Counted from the stretch's first letter, positions 50,008-59,648 are shown. The stretch: 64,000 bases of DNA from Oscillospiraceae bacterium (GCA_017398725.1 JAFQFA010000013.1:27010-91009), one strand, 5' to 3'. Numbers and translations are program-made. The notes: a model not told the origin generated them from the sequence alone.

Positions 50008-50952
50008 TCACCCTGTATATGTAGAATTTGTAACAGCAAAGGGTGTCTTAATGGCGTTGTTCACCGCTTCCAGAATCATTGCCTTATCCTGCTCTGTGAG
50101 AATTAAGGTATCGCTGACATGGGTGAAATTGATCTCAGTCAGGGGCTCATTCAGGAAGGTTGCGAGCCATGTATAGGAAGTGATTACCCGCCCCAGTTCA
50201 CTCATATGATAACCATCGCGGGTCAAAGTGTCGCCCACATAACTGGTGCGCGCATTTTGAATCGCAGTGCCGCAGGGCATAATGTAGGAGATTTCTTTAT
50301 GGGACATCACTTTACTTTGCACCGTATTGAGAATGGAATGATACATGATTTCCTGATCATAAACATACATTGAGAACATATCCTTCTCAAAGTCTTTCTG
50401 ATAAGCCCATGTCATGTTCCATGCAAGGCGAGCATTGGGATTGGTCTTATTCTTGTTTACATACTCGATCAGCTGGGTCAAGTAGGGTTCATAGCTTTCC
50501 GGCTTACCGGAGTATGTACTTCCCTGCTGCATGGTGATAATATCCCAATCCTGATTTTTCAGGGCATAATCTAATGTACAGCCCTCAATCGTCTTCCATT
50601 CCCCATCATAATTCATATAGAATTTGTAGGCAGGAAGATTACCGGCAGCATTCTGTGCATGGGTCTGCAAGGTGCAGCCACTGATATACAGGTTGCCAAT
50701 CGCAATTTTCTCAAAACCTTCTGCTTTAGCAACATCCTCTAAAAAGTGGGTGGTATCGTTGGAGAAGCTATTACCAATCGCAAGGACTTTCAAGGTTTTA
50801 TCATTATTTACCGGATCATAATTAGGATCAACAGCGGACCCGGTTGGTACCTGCGTGGTATCCGGCTGACCGTTATCGGCGTTCTGTCCGCTGCAGGCGC
50901 AAAAACAAAGAAGCATCATACAAACCAGAAACAGCGCGATTGTTTTCTTCAT
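50008..50952 (-). CDS. DUF4886-domain (SGNH-like) lipoprotein, tandem paralog
   Basis: Lipobox FCAC, KVLAIGNSFS, WDIITMQQ, NMTWAY, RDGYHM. Confidence 0.82.
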   Translation of the reverse strand: MKKTIALFLVCMMLLCFCACSGQNADNGQPDTTQVPTGSAVDPNYDPVNNDKTLKVLAIGNSFSNDTTHFLEDVAKAEGFEKIAIGNLYISGCTLQTHAQNAAGNLPAYKFYMNYDGEWKTIEGCTLDYALKNQDWDIITMQQGSTYSGKPESYEPYLTQLIEYVNKNKTNPNARLAWNMTWAYQKDFEKDMFSMYVYDQEIMYHSILNTVQSKVMSHKEISYIMPCGTAIQNARTSYVGDTLTRDGYHMSELGRVITSYTWLATFLNEPLTEINFTHVSDTLILTEQDKAMILEAVNNAIKTPFAVTNSTYTG

Positions 50953-51060
50953 AGGATATACCTCCTTTATCTTCTTTGAAATTATATCATAAATCCAATA
51001 AAAATGCAATTAAATAACAAAAGGATTAATTGAACAACGATTTCGCTGCACTGAATCCGC

Positions 51061-51089
51061 TTGACAAACACAACGCAAAACAGTATAAT
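51061..51089 (+). promoter_or_regulatory. Consensus sigmaA promoter of tRNA-Ala
   Basis: TTGACA-17 nt-TATAAT. Confidence 0.9.
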
Positions 51090-51099
51090 TCGCTTGTCT

Positions 51100-51175
51100 G
51101 GGCTTGTAGCGCAGCTGGGAGCGCACCACATTCGCATTGTGGGGGTCGGGAGTTCGAATCTCCTCAAGTCCACCA
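51100..51175 (+). tRNA. tRNA-Ala(CGC)
   Basis: 76 nt; acceptor GGGCTTG/CAAGTCC with G3:U70; anticodon arm CCACA-TTCGCAT-TGTGG; T arm GGGAG-TTCGAAT-CTCCT; encoded CCA. Confidence 0.96.
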
Positions 51176-51533
51176 ATAAAAAGTACCGCCATCAGGCGGT
51201 ATTTTTTATTGGCATGGTATTCACGCAGAGGAGATTCGAAAGATAAGTTGCGGCGCGGATGAGCGCCGCCGCCGAGGGCTTGACCGAGGCGAACATTGAT
51301 TCATGAATCTCCTCAAGTCCACCAATAAGAAAGCCACCCTGAAAAGGGTGGTTTTCTTATTGGTATGGTATTTACGCAGTGGAGATTCGAAAGATAAATT
51401 GCGGCGCGGATGAGCGCCGCCGCCGAGGGCTTGACCGAGGCGAACATTGATTCACGAATCTCCTCAAGTCCACCAATAAGAAAGCCACCCTGAAAAGGGT
51501 GGTTTTCTTATTGGTATGGTATTTACGCAGAGG
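51156..51533 (+). repeat. tRNA-linked tandem repeat, ~150-bp unit, ~2.5 copies
   Basis: GAATCTCCTCAAGTCCACCAATAA at 51156, 51305 and 51456 (periods 149 and 151). Each copy is followed by a terminator hairpin; the first two also by GGAGATTCGAA and a GC-rich core. Confidence 0.95.
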
Positions 51534-51546
51534 ACATTTGAAACAG

Positions 51547-51572
51547 AATGGCCACCTACACAGGTGGCCATT
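51547..51572 (-). terminator. Hairpin after the XRE-membrane protein operon
   Basis: AATGGCCACCT-acac-AGGTGGCCATT. Confidence 0.7.
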
Positions 51573-51581
51573 GCATATATC

Positions 51582-51983
51582 TCAGTATTTTCGCCGCAGA
51601 ATTAAATAGCTGACCCAGTACAGCACCATCACCAGACAGACAGCACCGCTGGCAGCTAAACTCAAAAGATTCTGCCCAAAGATCCGCAACACGACGCAAG
51701 TGACCGCACCAATCATAACGAACAAATATCCTGCCCAAGCCCATGCCTTTGCAGCAATGTAGCGATTGCGTTCATCTTTTGCTTCCACATCCACTTTCGC
51801 GCGGTAGTCAGCATCCCGGTTATATTTTCCCCACCGGAACAGCTGCAGAATCCCGATAAACACAAAAGCTGTTCCCAGACCACTCCAAAAATCGTCCAAT
51901 TTAGCAACATAACAGGACACATTCAGCCCGATACCCAAAAATATCCAAACAACACTGATTAACGATCTGCGATTGCACTTCAT
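51582..51983 (-). CDS. Membrane protein (DUF2178-like, DER motif)
   Basis: 4 TM helices with KDERNRYIAAKA; typical partner of a short XRE gene. Confidence 0.75.
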   Translation of the reverse strand: MKCNRRSLISVVWIFLGIGLNVSCYVAKLDDFWSGLGTAFVFIGILQLFRWGKYNRDADYRAKVDVEAKDERNRYIAAKAWAWAGYLFVMIGAVTCVVLRIFGQNLLSLAASGAVCLVMVLYWVSYLILRRKY

Positions 51984-51987
51984 ACAG

Positions 51988-52185
51988 TTACGCCTCCTCA
52001 AAAATAAACACTTCTTCAATCGTCATGCCGAAATAGGCAGCAATATTATAGGCAAGAAAGATAGACGGGTTATATCTGCCCCGTTCCAATGAACTGATGG
52101 TCTGCCGGGAAACACCCAAGACCTTTGCCAATTCATCTTGTAGAATACCCCGTTCCTTGCGGATTTCCTCAATACGGTTTTTCAT
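51988..52185 (-). CDS. Short XRE-family transcriptional regulator
   Basis: MKNRIEEIRKERGILQDELAKVLGVSRQTISSLERGRYNPS...IEEVF. Confidence 0.93.
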   Translation of the reverse strand: MKNRIEEIRKERGILQDELAKVLGVSRQTISSLERGRYNPSIFLAYNIAAYFGMTIEEVFIFEEA

Positions 52186-52203
52186 TATATCGCACCCCTT
52201 TTT

Positions 52204-52267
52204 TGTAAAGCCCGCTTTACATTATTACAATACCATATAAATCACAACATGTCAAGCTACCTTTACA
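52204..52267 (-). promoter_or_regulatory. Promoter with two palindromic operators for the XRE gene
   Basis: TGTAAAG-N4-CTTTACA (52204-52221) and TGTCAAG-N4-CTTTACA (52250-52267); TTGACA-17-TATTGT on the minus strand. Confidence 0.75.
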
Positions 52268-52276
52268 TTTAATTGC

Positions 52277-52309
52277 AAAAAAGTGCCATCCTGACGGATG
52301 GCACTTTTA
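52277..52309 (-). terminator. Terminator after tyrS
   Basis: AAAAGTGCCATCC-tgac-GGATGGCACTTTT. Confidence 0.88.
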
Positions 52310-52311
52310 TA

Positions 52312-53535
52312 TCAAGCAATAATTGCCTTGTGGAACACTTTCTTACCCTTACGGATCTTGACGCCATCGCGGAGCATAGCTTCGGTAACAGCAAATGTGT
52401 GGTCAGGCACTTTTTCATCGTTGACGAAAACACCGCCCTGCTGAACCAGCCGACGGGCTTCACCGTTGGAAGCTGCCAAGCCGCAGGAAACCATCAGGCT
52501 GAGAATGCCGATCTTGCCATCGTTAAGTGCATCCACAGAGATCTCAGTCGTGGGCATATTAGCATCGTCACCGCCGCCCATAAACAGAGCTTTTGCGGCA
52601 AGCTGCGCCTTCTCAGCTTCTTCCTCACCGTGAACCAGCTTGGTCAACTCATAAGCAAGAATCTCCTTTGCTGTGTTCAGCTGGGCATCCTTCCAATCGG
52701 ACATGGCATCAATCTGCTCCAAGGGCAGGAAGGTCAGCATGCGGATGCACTTGAGAACGTCTGCATCCTCCACATTCCGCCAGTACTGGTAGAACTCAAA
52801 GGGAGTCGTCTTATTAGGATCCAGCCAAACCGCACCGGATGCCGTCTTACCCATCTTCTTGCCCTCAGAGTTCAGCAGCAAGGTAATGGTCATCGCATGG
52901 GCATCCTTACCCAGCTTGCGGCGGATCAGCTCTGTACCACCCAACATATTGCTCCACTGGTCGTTGCCGCCAAACTGCATGTTACAGCCATAATGCTGGT
53001 ACAGGTAGTAGAAATCGTAGGACTGCATAATCATGTAGTTGAACTCCAAAAAGCTCAAACCCTTCTCCATGCGCTGCTTATAACACTCCGCACGAAGCAT
53101 GTTGTTAACAGAGAAGCAAGCACCCACCTCACGCAGAACATCCACATAATTCAGATCCAGCAGCCAGTCGGCGTTGTTTACCATCTGGGCCTTGCCTTCG
53201 CCAAACTCAATGAACCGCTCCATCTGCTTTTTAAAGCAATCACAGTTATGTTGGATGGTTTCCTTCGTCATCATGCTACGCATGTCGGTACGTCCGGAGG
53301 GATCTCCGATCATAGCAGTACCGCCACCGATCAACGCAATCGGCTTGTTGCCGGCCATCTGCAGCCGCTTCATCAGACACAGCGCCATAAAGTGGCCAAC
53401 ATGCAAAGAATCAGCCGTGGGGTCAAAGCCAATGTAGAAGGTGGCCTTGCCGCCATCGATCATCTCACGAATTTCGTCCTCATTGGTCACCTGTGCAATC
53501 AAGCCTCTGGCAACCAGTTCATCATACAGTTTCAT
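52312..53535 (-). CDS. tyrS: Tyrosine-tRNA ligase
   Basis: [27 protein letters not shown]4 domain; ATG 53535 after GGAGG. Confidence 0.98.
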   Translation of the reverse strand: MKLYDELVARGLIAQVTNEDEIREMIDGGKATFYIGFDPTADSLHVGHFMALCLMKRLQMAGNKPIALIGGGTAMIGDPSGRTDMRSMMTKETIQHNCDCFKKQMERFIEFGEGKAQMVNNADWLLDLNYVDVLREVGACFSVNNMLRAECYKQRMEKGLSFLEFNYMIMQSYDFYYLYQHYGCNMQFGGNDQWSNMLGGTELIRRKLGKDAHAMTITLLLNSEGKKMGKTASGAVWLDPNKTTPFEFYQYWRNVEDADVLKCIRMLTFLPLEQIDAMSDWKDAQLNTAKEILAYELTKLVHGEEEAEKAQLAAKALFMGGGDDANMPTTEISVDALNDGKIGILSLMVSCGLAASNGEARRLVQQGGVFVNDEKVPDHTFAVTEAMLRDGVKIRKGKKVFHKAIIA

Positions 53536-53548
53536 ATTTCTATCCTCC

Positions 53549-53810
53549 AAAAAATAAAGCCCTCTGCCCGCACAAGCGGACAGAGGGCGTAAATTACGCG
53601 GTACCACCTCTGGTTCGCCGGCATCTCACGATGCAGGCCTCACGGTGTCAAGCAACACCTTTCGCTATCTCGGGCGAACCCGTCCTTCCCTACTATCATT
53701 TCAGAAAGGCCACTCCGGGAGGTATTTGGGCGGTTTCTCTTACTGCCTTGCACCAACCGGCAGCTCTCTGGAAGAAAATGGACCGCTTACTTCATCCCAT
53801 CACTGTGTTC
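53549..53810 (-). promoter_or_regulatory. T-box riboswitch (Tyr)
   Basis: T-box AGAGGTGGTACCGCG (within 53597-53615), AGAGA and GGTGCAA stem-I motifs, specifier TAC at 53724-53722, terminator GCCCTCTG...CAGAGGGC-T tract. Confidence 0.93.
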
Positions 53811-53849
53811 ACTTGCAATATCCTAACAAAAAGAAACTCTTTTGTCAAG

Positions 53850-55502
53850 TTAGTTCTTCAAAAGCATTTCTTCAGCACTTTTAAGCGTGGTTTCTGTAAT
53901 GTTTGCGCCACCAATGATCCGGGCAAGCTCCTGCTTACGTCCTTCCAGCTCCAGCGGGGTCACCGTGGTATAAGTACGACCGGAGCGTTCTTCCTTGGCG
54001 ATCAGCAAGTGGGTGTCTGCCAAAGCAGCAAGCTGAGGCAAATGGGTAACACACAAAACTTGCTTATGTTGTGCCACAGCCCGCAGCTTGACGGCTACCT
54101 TTTGTGCGGCACGACCGGAAACACCGGTATCCACCTCGTCAAAAATCAGCGTATCTACCTGATCCTTTTCAGCCAGCACGTTTTTCATGGCCAGCATAAT
54201 CCGGGCCAACTCACCGCCGGATGCCACTTTACTCATAGGCTTCAATGCTTCGCCGGCATTGGCAGACATATAAAATGCCACCGCATCTGCACCGTTTGCA
54301 GACAGATCCTGCTCTTCAAATGCACACTCAAACTGCACGCGGAGCATATCCAACTGGGACAATTCTTCTAAAATGCGGGCCGAGAGCTGTTTCGCGGCTT
54401 CCTGACGGCATTTACGGAGGGCAAGGGCTGCAGACCAAGCTTCCTTTTCCGCCGCTTCCAGTTTTTTCTTCAGCTTCTCCAAATGGTCATCTGCAAATTC
54501 AATCCGATCCAATTCTTCCTTTGCCTGTTCCAGATAACCAAGAATTTCCTCGCAGGTAGCACCGTATTTCCGGCGCAATTTATGGATCACATCCAAGCGG
54601 GATTCAATGGCATCCAATTCACCGGCGGAATAACTCAAATCATCCCGGGCATCCCGGATCTCCTCTGCGGCATCCTGCACCTGATACATCAAATCCGCTA
54701 CCCGGTCATGAAGGTCCGAAAAAGCATCCGTGTATCTGGATAGGCGCGCAAGCTCCCGCTCCGCTTCCGCCAACAAGGATGCCGCGCCATCGGTATCCTC
54801 GCCGCCATAAAGGCACTGCACTGCCGTATTCACGCCATCGCTAAGCTTTTCTGCATTTTGTAAAAGCTTTCTTCTGGATTCCAGCTCCTCATCCTCACCA
54901 ATCTGCAAGTCCGCTTTGGAAATATCCTCAATTTGGAATCGCAGGGTTTCCATGCGACGCAGTTTTTCCCCTTCATCCATGGTCATCTTGCGAATCTGTG
55001 TTTGAAGTGCAACCACCGTCGTATATTTTTCTGCATAGGCGCTGATCAAATTCGCATTCTCAGCAAAGGCATCCAAATAAATCAAATGATTCGCCTCATC
55101 AAACAAAGCTGCTGAATCATGCTGCCCATGGATATTGATCAGTTGGATGCCCAGTTTGCGCAGAATGGACACGGAAACAAGCGTGCCATTTACCCGGCAA
55201 ATGTTCTTTCCATCCAGAAAAATCTCCCGCTGGACCACAGTTTCAGGATCGTACTCCACGCCATTTTCTTCAAACCAAGAAAACGCCGGCACATCCGTAA
55301 ACACTGCGCGAACAGAGGCCTTCGTGGCACCGGTACGGATCATATCCCGATAGGCCCGCTCACCAAGAATGGCAGAAATCGCATCGATCACGATGGATTT
55401 ACCCGCACCGGTCTCACCGGTCAAAATATTAAAACCTTTATCAAAAGAAATATCAGCCTGCTCGATGACCGCAATATTTTCAATATGCAGAAGACTCAGC
55501 AT
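53850..55502 (-). CDS. recN: DNA repair protein RecN
   Basis: TGETGAGKS, IHGQH, ASGGELAR, FDEVDTGVSG, VTHLPQ. Confidence 0.98.
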   Translation of the reverse strand: MLSLLHIENIAVIEQADISFDKGFNILTGETGAGKSIVIDAISAILGERAYRDMIRTGATKASVRAVFTDVPAFSWFEENGVEYDPETVVQREIFLDGKNICRVNGTLVSVSILRKLGIQLINIHGQHDSAALFDEANHLIYLDAFAENANLISAYAEKYTTVVALQTQIRKMTMDEGEKLRRMETLRFQIEDISKADLQIGEDEELESRRKLLQNAEKLSDGVNTAVQCLYGGEDTDGAASLLAEAERELARLSRYTDAFSDLHDRVADLMYQVQDAAEEIRDARDDLSYSAGELDAIESRLDVIHKLRRKYGATCEEILGYLEQAKEELDRIEFADDHLEKLKKKLEAAEKEAWSAALALRKCRQEAAKQLSARILEELSQLDMLRVQFECAFEEQDLSANGADAVAFYMSANAGEALKPMSKVASGGELARIMLAMKNVLAEKDQVDTLIFDEVDTGVSGRAAQKVAVKLRAVAQHKQVLCVTHLPQLAALADTHLLIAKEERSGRTYTTVTPLELEGRKQELARIIGGANITETTLKSAEEMLLKN

Positions 55503-55519
55503 GACTCAGACCTCATTAA

Positions 55520-55972
55520 TTAACTAATCAGATTTTTGATCTCACCGCAGAAGGCTGCGGCTGCATTATTATCCCGCATGACCACCATCACTGTGTCATC
55601 ACCAGCCAATGTACCGACAACAAGGCTCAGATTCATGGCATCAATTGCAGAACCTGCAGCAGAAGCAAGGCCGGGCAATGTGCGAATCACAATGATATTC
55701 TGTGCATAGTCATAGCCGACAACACACTCACGGAAAATCGTATTCATTCTGGAAGAGAATGTTCCGGTCATTTCATTGGAAGATGTCGTATAGCGATAGG
55801 TGCCCAGATTGGTCAGTTCCTTGACGATCCGCAGTTCCTTAATATCTCTGGAAATCGTCGCCTGTGTACCACGGAAGCCTTCTGCCTGCAGGGCTGCAAG
55901 AAGCTGTTCCTGCGTTTCCACATTTCGGGTGGAAATAATCTCGAGGATCTTTGCTTGTCTTTGACTTTTCAT
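55520..55972 (-). CDS. argR: Arginine repressor
   Basis: TQEQL, TQATISRDIKEL, TLPG, GTLAGDDT. Confidence 0.96.
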   Translation of the reverse strand: MKSQRQAKILEIISTRNVETQEQLLAALQAEGFRGTQATISRDIKELRIVKELTNLGTYRYTTSSNEMTGTFSSRMNTIFRECVVGYDYAQNIIVIRTLPGLASAAGSAIDAMNLSLVVGTLAGDDTVMVVMRDNNAAAAFCGEIKNLIS

Positions 55973-55983
55973 ATTATTAAACC

Positions 55984-56850
55984 TCAATAATTTTTAAACT
56001 TCATATTTACCACATCATAAAAACTCCGGTCCTTTAAGCGTACCAGTTTTGTGGCAAAATTGGATTTGCGGATCGTCGCAACATCGCCGATATTCATACG
56101 CAGGGCCTTGCCGCCGTCTACGGATAAATATGCATTTCTTCTTGCATTTTGGGTCAGCCCAACGGTAATGACCCGTTTATCTGAGGCAACAATGGTTCGG
56201 CTTGCTACATCATGGGCACAAATCGGTGTAACAAGGATACTGTGCGCTTCCGGTTCTACAATAGGACCGCCGGCAGACAGACTGTAGGCAGTGGAACCGG
56301 TAGGGGTTGCAACGATCAAGCCGTCGCCACCGCACTCCATTGCTTGCACGCCGTCGCAGTTCACAAACAGATGCACAATTCGAGCAACAGCACCTTTCGT
56401 AATGGCAATATCATTTAGGCAAATGTCGTGGAAAATGATATCCCGATCCCGATAAACAGATACATCCAACATCATACGACTATCCACCGTATAATCACCG
56501 GTGGCAATTCGGGCCAGCTGTTGTAATTCCGTGCTTTCCAGCTCAGCCATAAATCCCATCGTGCCGATATTTACGCCCAAAATGGGAATATTATGCCTTG
56601 TGGCGGATTTTGCCATATGCAAAATCGTTCCATCCCCGCCAAAACATACCACCATGGACGCCGTAGGAAGTTCCCGATCTAAACGGGAAAAACGGATATC
56701 TCTGGGAAGCTCAAAAGACCGGTCGATTTCAAAGGGAAGACACACCCGTGTCTCTACGCCGGCTGCACGCAAAATCTCCAGTGCCGCACGCACAGTCTGA
56801 AAATTTTTATCCCGATAAGGATTGGGTGTCAATATTACCTTGTTCATCAT
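55984..56850 (-). CDS. nadK: NAD kinase
   Basis: GGDGTIL, GTMGF, LND, DGLIVATPTGSTAYSLSAGGP. Confidence 0.97.
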   Translation of the reverse strand: MMNKVILTPNPYRDKNFQTVRAALEILRAAGVETRVCLPFEIDRSFELPRDIRFSRLDRELPTASMVVCFGGDGTILHMAKSATRHNIPILGVNIGTMGFMAELESTELQQLARIATGDYTVDSRMMLDVSVYRDRDIIFHDICLNDIAITKGAVARIVHLFVNCDGVQAMECGGDGLIVATPTGSTAYSLSAGGPIVEPEAHSILVTPICAHDVASRTIVASDKRVITVGLTQNARRNAYLSVDGGKALRMNIGDVATIRKSNFATKLVRLKDRSFYDVVNMKFKNY

Positions 56851-56851
56851 T

Positions 56852-57655
56852 TCACCCCTTTAATGTTTCATGGGCTTGGCTGACAACATCCGCTGTATCC
56901 GGCGAAATGCCGGGCTGATCGTCTAAGGTCAGATGCCCCAAAAATTCGATATTTCCCTCCGGGCCTTTCACCGGAGAAAAAGTCAGTCCAAGAATTTTAA
57001 AGTCAAGTTCATTGGCAAGGGAAACAAACCCATCGAGGACTTCCTTATGGGTCTGGGGATCCCGCACGACACCTTTTTTCCCTACCTTCTCTTTCCCCGC
57101 TTCAAACTGGGGTTTGATCAGGCACAGGACCTGTCCTGTAGGCTTCAGAAAAGTTTTTATGACAGGAAGAACGATCTTCAAAGAGATAAAGCTTACATCG
57201 ACTACAGAAAGATCCAACGGCTCTCCCAATTGCTCCGGGGTCACATAACGCACATTGGTCCGCTCCATTACAACCACTCTGGGATCAGAACGAATCTTCC
57301 AATCCAGTTGGCCGTAGCCCACATCAATAGCAAAAACTTTACTTGCACCCTGCTGCAATAAACAGTCGGTAAAACCGCCGGTAGAAGCACCGGAGTCACT
57401 GCATACATAGCCGGTAGGATCCACTCCAAAATCCCGCAGCGCCTTTTCCAGCTTTAAGCCACCGCGGCTGACATAAGGACAGGTCGCGCCCCGCACCTCC
57501 AGAGGTAGGGTTTCGTCAAAGGACATGCCGGGCTTGTCAGCCTTTTGTCCATCCACATAGACCTGACCGCTCATGATGATAGCCTGTGCCTTCGTACGGC
57601 TGTCTGCATAGCCCTGCTCCACCAGAAGCACATCCAGTCTCTTTTTAATTTTCAA
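56852..57655 (-). CDS. tlyA: TlyA-family rRNA methyltransferase
   Basis: RLDVLLV S4 domain, YVSRGGLKL, GASTGGFTD, DVSFISL, KPQFE, GNIEF. Confidence 0.96.
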   Translation of the reverse strand: MKIKKRLDVLLVEQGYADSRTKAQAIIMSGQVYVDGQKADKPGMSFDETLPLEVRGATCPYVSRGGLKLEKALRDFGVDPTGYVCSDSGASTGGFTDCLLQQGASKVFAIDVGYGQLDWKIRSDPRVVVMERTNVRYVTPEQLGEPLDLSVVDVSFISLKIVLPVIKTFLKPTGQVLCLIKPQFEAGKEKVGKKGVVRDPQTHKEVLDGFVSLANELDFKILGLTFSPVKGPEGNIEFLGHLTLDDQPGISPDTADVVSQAHETLKG

Positions 57656-59516
57656 CTTTCAGCACCTCCTGAATATGGTTTGCAATGGCGTTGGCATCCA
57701 AGCCGCTATCGGCATAAAGCGATGCCAATGCACCATGTGTAATATACCGCTTACCTAAGTCCATCTTTGTGAAGCGGCAGTCAGGCAAACGATCCGCCAG
57801 CTGCATAATCAGCGACTGGGCAATCCCGGAATCTTCGCAGGCTTCTTCCAAAATAACTGCATGATGAAACGGTTTCAGATACTCAGCCAGTTCTTTTGTG
57901 GGTAGCGGTTCAATCCGCGTAAGACGAATCACCGCTGCATCAACTCCCTGCTGTGTCAGTTGCGCAGCCGCATCCAACCCATTGCTGACCAATGTACCAT
58001 AGGTTACAATGGCAACATTCGCGCCCTTCTTATGGAGCACAACCGATGCATCCGAAGCCCAACAGGGCTGCATATCACACCGGTCACCGCCTCTCGGATA
58101 ACGAATTGCCACAGGATCGCAATTATCTGCAACAGACCAACGAAGCATCTGCTTCAGTTCCTCCGTACAACCGGGGCATAAAATCTGCATTCCCGGCACC
58201 TGCCGTAAAAATCCGATGTCATACACACCATGGTGGGTTTCGCCATCCTCCCCCACAAGTCCGGCACGGTCTACGGCCAGAACCACCGGCAGTTTCAACA
58301 TTCCGATATCCTGCATAATCATATCATATGCTCTTTGCAAAAAGGTAGAGTAGAGTGCCACCACTGGGCGCATGCCCTGCTTTGCAAGGCCGCCTGCCAT
58401 AGATACTGCATGTTCTTCCGCAATACCCACATCGAAAAAGCGCTTTGGATAAGCCTCTTTAAACGCGGAAAGGCCGGTGCCGGAAGGCATGGCGGCAGTA
58501 ATGGCGCAAACACGGTCATCGCCGGCTGCTATATTCACTAACTCCTTACCAAAGGCTTCCGAAAAGGTTTGGCCTTGCTTTTGGGATACCTCACCGGTAA
58601 CGGGATCAAATTTACCAACGCCGTGATATTTATCCGGCATTCTTTCCGCCGGTGCATAGCCCCTTCCCTTCCGGGTGATCACATGCACCACAACGGGCCG
58701 ATTCATATCCCGGGCGCTTTTCAGCAAGCTGATGAGATTTTCCGTATCATGCCCATCCACAGGACCAAGGTAAGTAAATCCCATGCTCTCAAAGATGGTT
58801 TCCGGAATCAGCATACGGCGCAAGGCATCTTTCATGCTTCTTGTAACCCGAAAAACGAATCCACCGCCGGGAATTTTAGACAGAAAGCTTCTGTACCGGC
58901 GCTTCATACCAAGATATTTATCCTTCGTACGCAATCTGGACAAATGGGATGCCATACCGCCCACATTCCGGTCTATGGACATTTCATTGTCATTCAGAAT
59001 AACGATCATCGGTTCATTGCTGACAGCAGCGTCATTCATACCTTCAAAGGCAATGCCTCCGGTAGCCGCACCGTCTCCAATCACCGCAATTACATGGTGC
59101 TTTTCATTTTTCAAAGTCCGCGCACGGGCCATCCCCAAAGCAATGGATACAGAACTGGATGCGTGTCCTGCCACAAAGGCATCTGTATCACTTTCAGAAG
59201 GCTTCGGGAAGCCAGCCATACCGCCAAACTGCCGCAGACCGGAAAAATCACCTTGACGGCCTGTGAGCATTTTATGCACATAGGATTGATGTCCAACATC
59301 AAATACCAGCCGGTCAACCGCGGTATCAAAAACCGTTTCTAAAGCCACAGAAAGCTCTACCACACCTAAATTCGATGCCAAATGTCCGCCGGTACGGCTA
59401 ACCCGATCCACCAAAAAATCGCGGATCTCGCCGCAGAGCTGCTGCCGCTGATCTTCATTCAGCGCGGCCATATCGGCATGACCATGAATGTTCTCAAGTA
59501 TAGACAAAGGTAACAC
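57645..59516 (-). CDS. dxs: 1-deoxy-D-xylulose-5-phosphate synthase (start may be TTG 59507)
   Basis: GGHLASNLG, DVGHQSY, GDGA...NDN, IAEEHA, YSTFLQR, DRAG, IRYPRG. Confidence 0.98.
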   Translation of the reverse strand: MLPLSILENIHGHADMAALNEDQRQQLCGEIRDFLVDRVSRTGGHLASNLGVVELSVALETVFDTAVDRLVFDVGHQSYVHKMLTGRQGDFSGLRQFGGMAGFPKPSESDTDAFVAGHASSSVSIALGMARARTLKNEKHHVIAVIGDGAATGGIAFEGMNDAAVSNEPMIVILNDNEMSIDRNVGGMASHLSRLRTKDKYLGMKRRYRSFLSKIPGGGFVFRVTRSMKDALRRMLIPETIFESMGFTYLGPVDGHDTENLISLLKSARDMNRPVVVHVITRKGRGYAPAERMPDKYHGVGKFDPVTGEVSQKQGQTFSEAFGKELVNIAAGDDRVCAITAAMPSGTGLSAFKEAYPKRFFDVGIAEEHAVSMAGGLAKQGMRPVVALYSTFLQRAYDMIMQDIGMLKLPVVLAVDRAGLVGEDGETHHGVYDIGFLRQVPGMQILCPGCTEELKQMLRWSVADNCDPVAIRYPRGGDRCDMQPCWASDASVVLHKKGANVAIVTYGTLVSNGLDAAAQLTQQGVDAAVIRLTRIEPLPTKELAEYLKPFHHAVILEEACEDSGIAQSLIMQLADRLPDCRFTKMDLGKRYITHGALASLYADSGLDANAIANHIQEVLKVEN

Positions 59517-59613
59517 AACCTAACATTTCTTTATAAAATCGCATTATGTATATTATCACAGTATTTTTGAATATACAAGTATAAATTCATTTTTTGCATA
59601 AATTTACAGATTT

Positions 59614-59645
59614 AAAACCGCCGTCGGATTCCGACGGCGGTTTTG
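59614..59645 (-). terminator. Terminator
   Basis: AAAACCGCCGTCGG-att-CCGACGGCGGTTTT. Confidence 0.85.
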
Positions 59646-59648
59646 GAC

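Noticed and set aside
51156-51533. CRISPR array
   Set aside because: The sequences between the 24-bp repeats are ~125 bp and nearly identical, the repeat is a tRNA 3' end, and there are no cas genes.
51156-52267. Prophage or integrative island at tRNA-Ala (attL/attR)
   Set aside because: The duplicated 3' ends are only ~150 bp apart, there is no integrase or cargo between them, and I found no distal copy.
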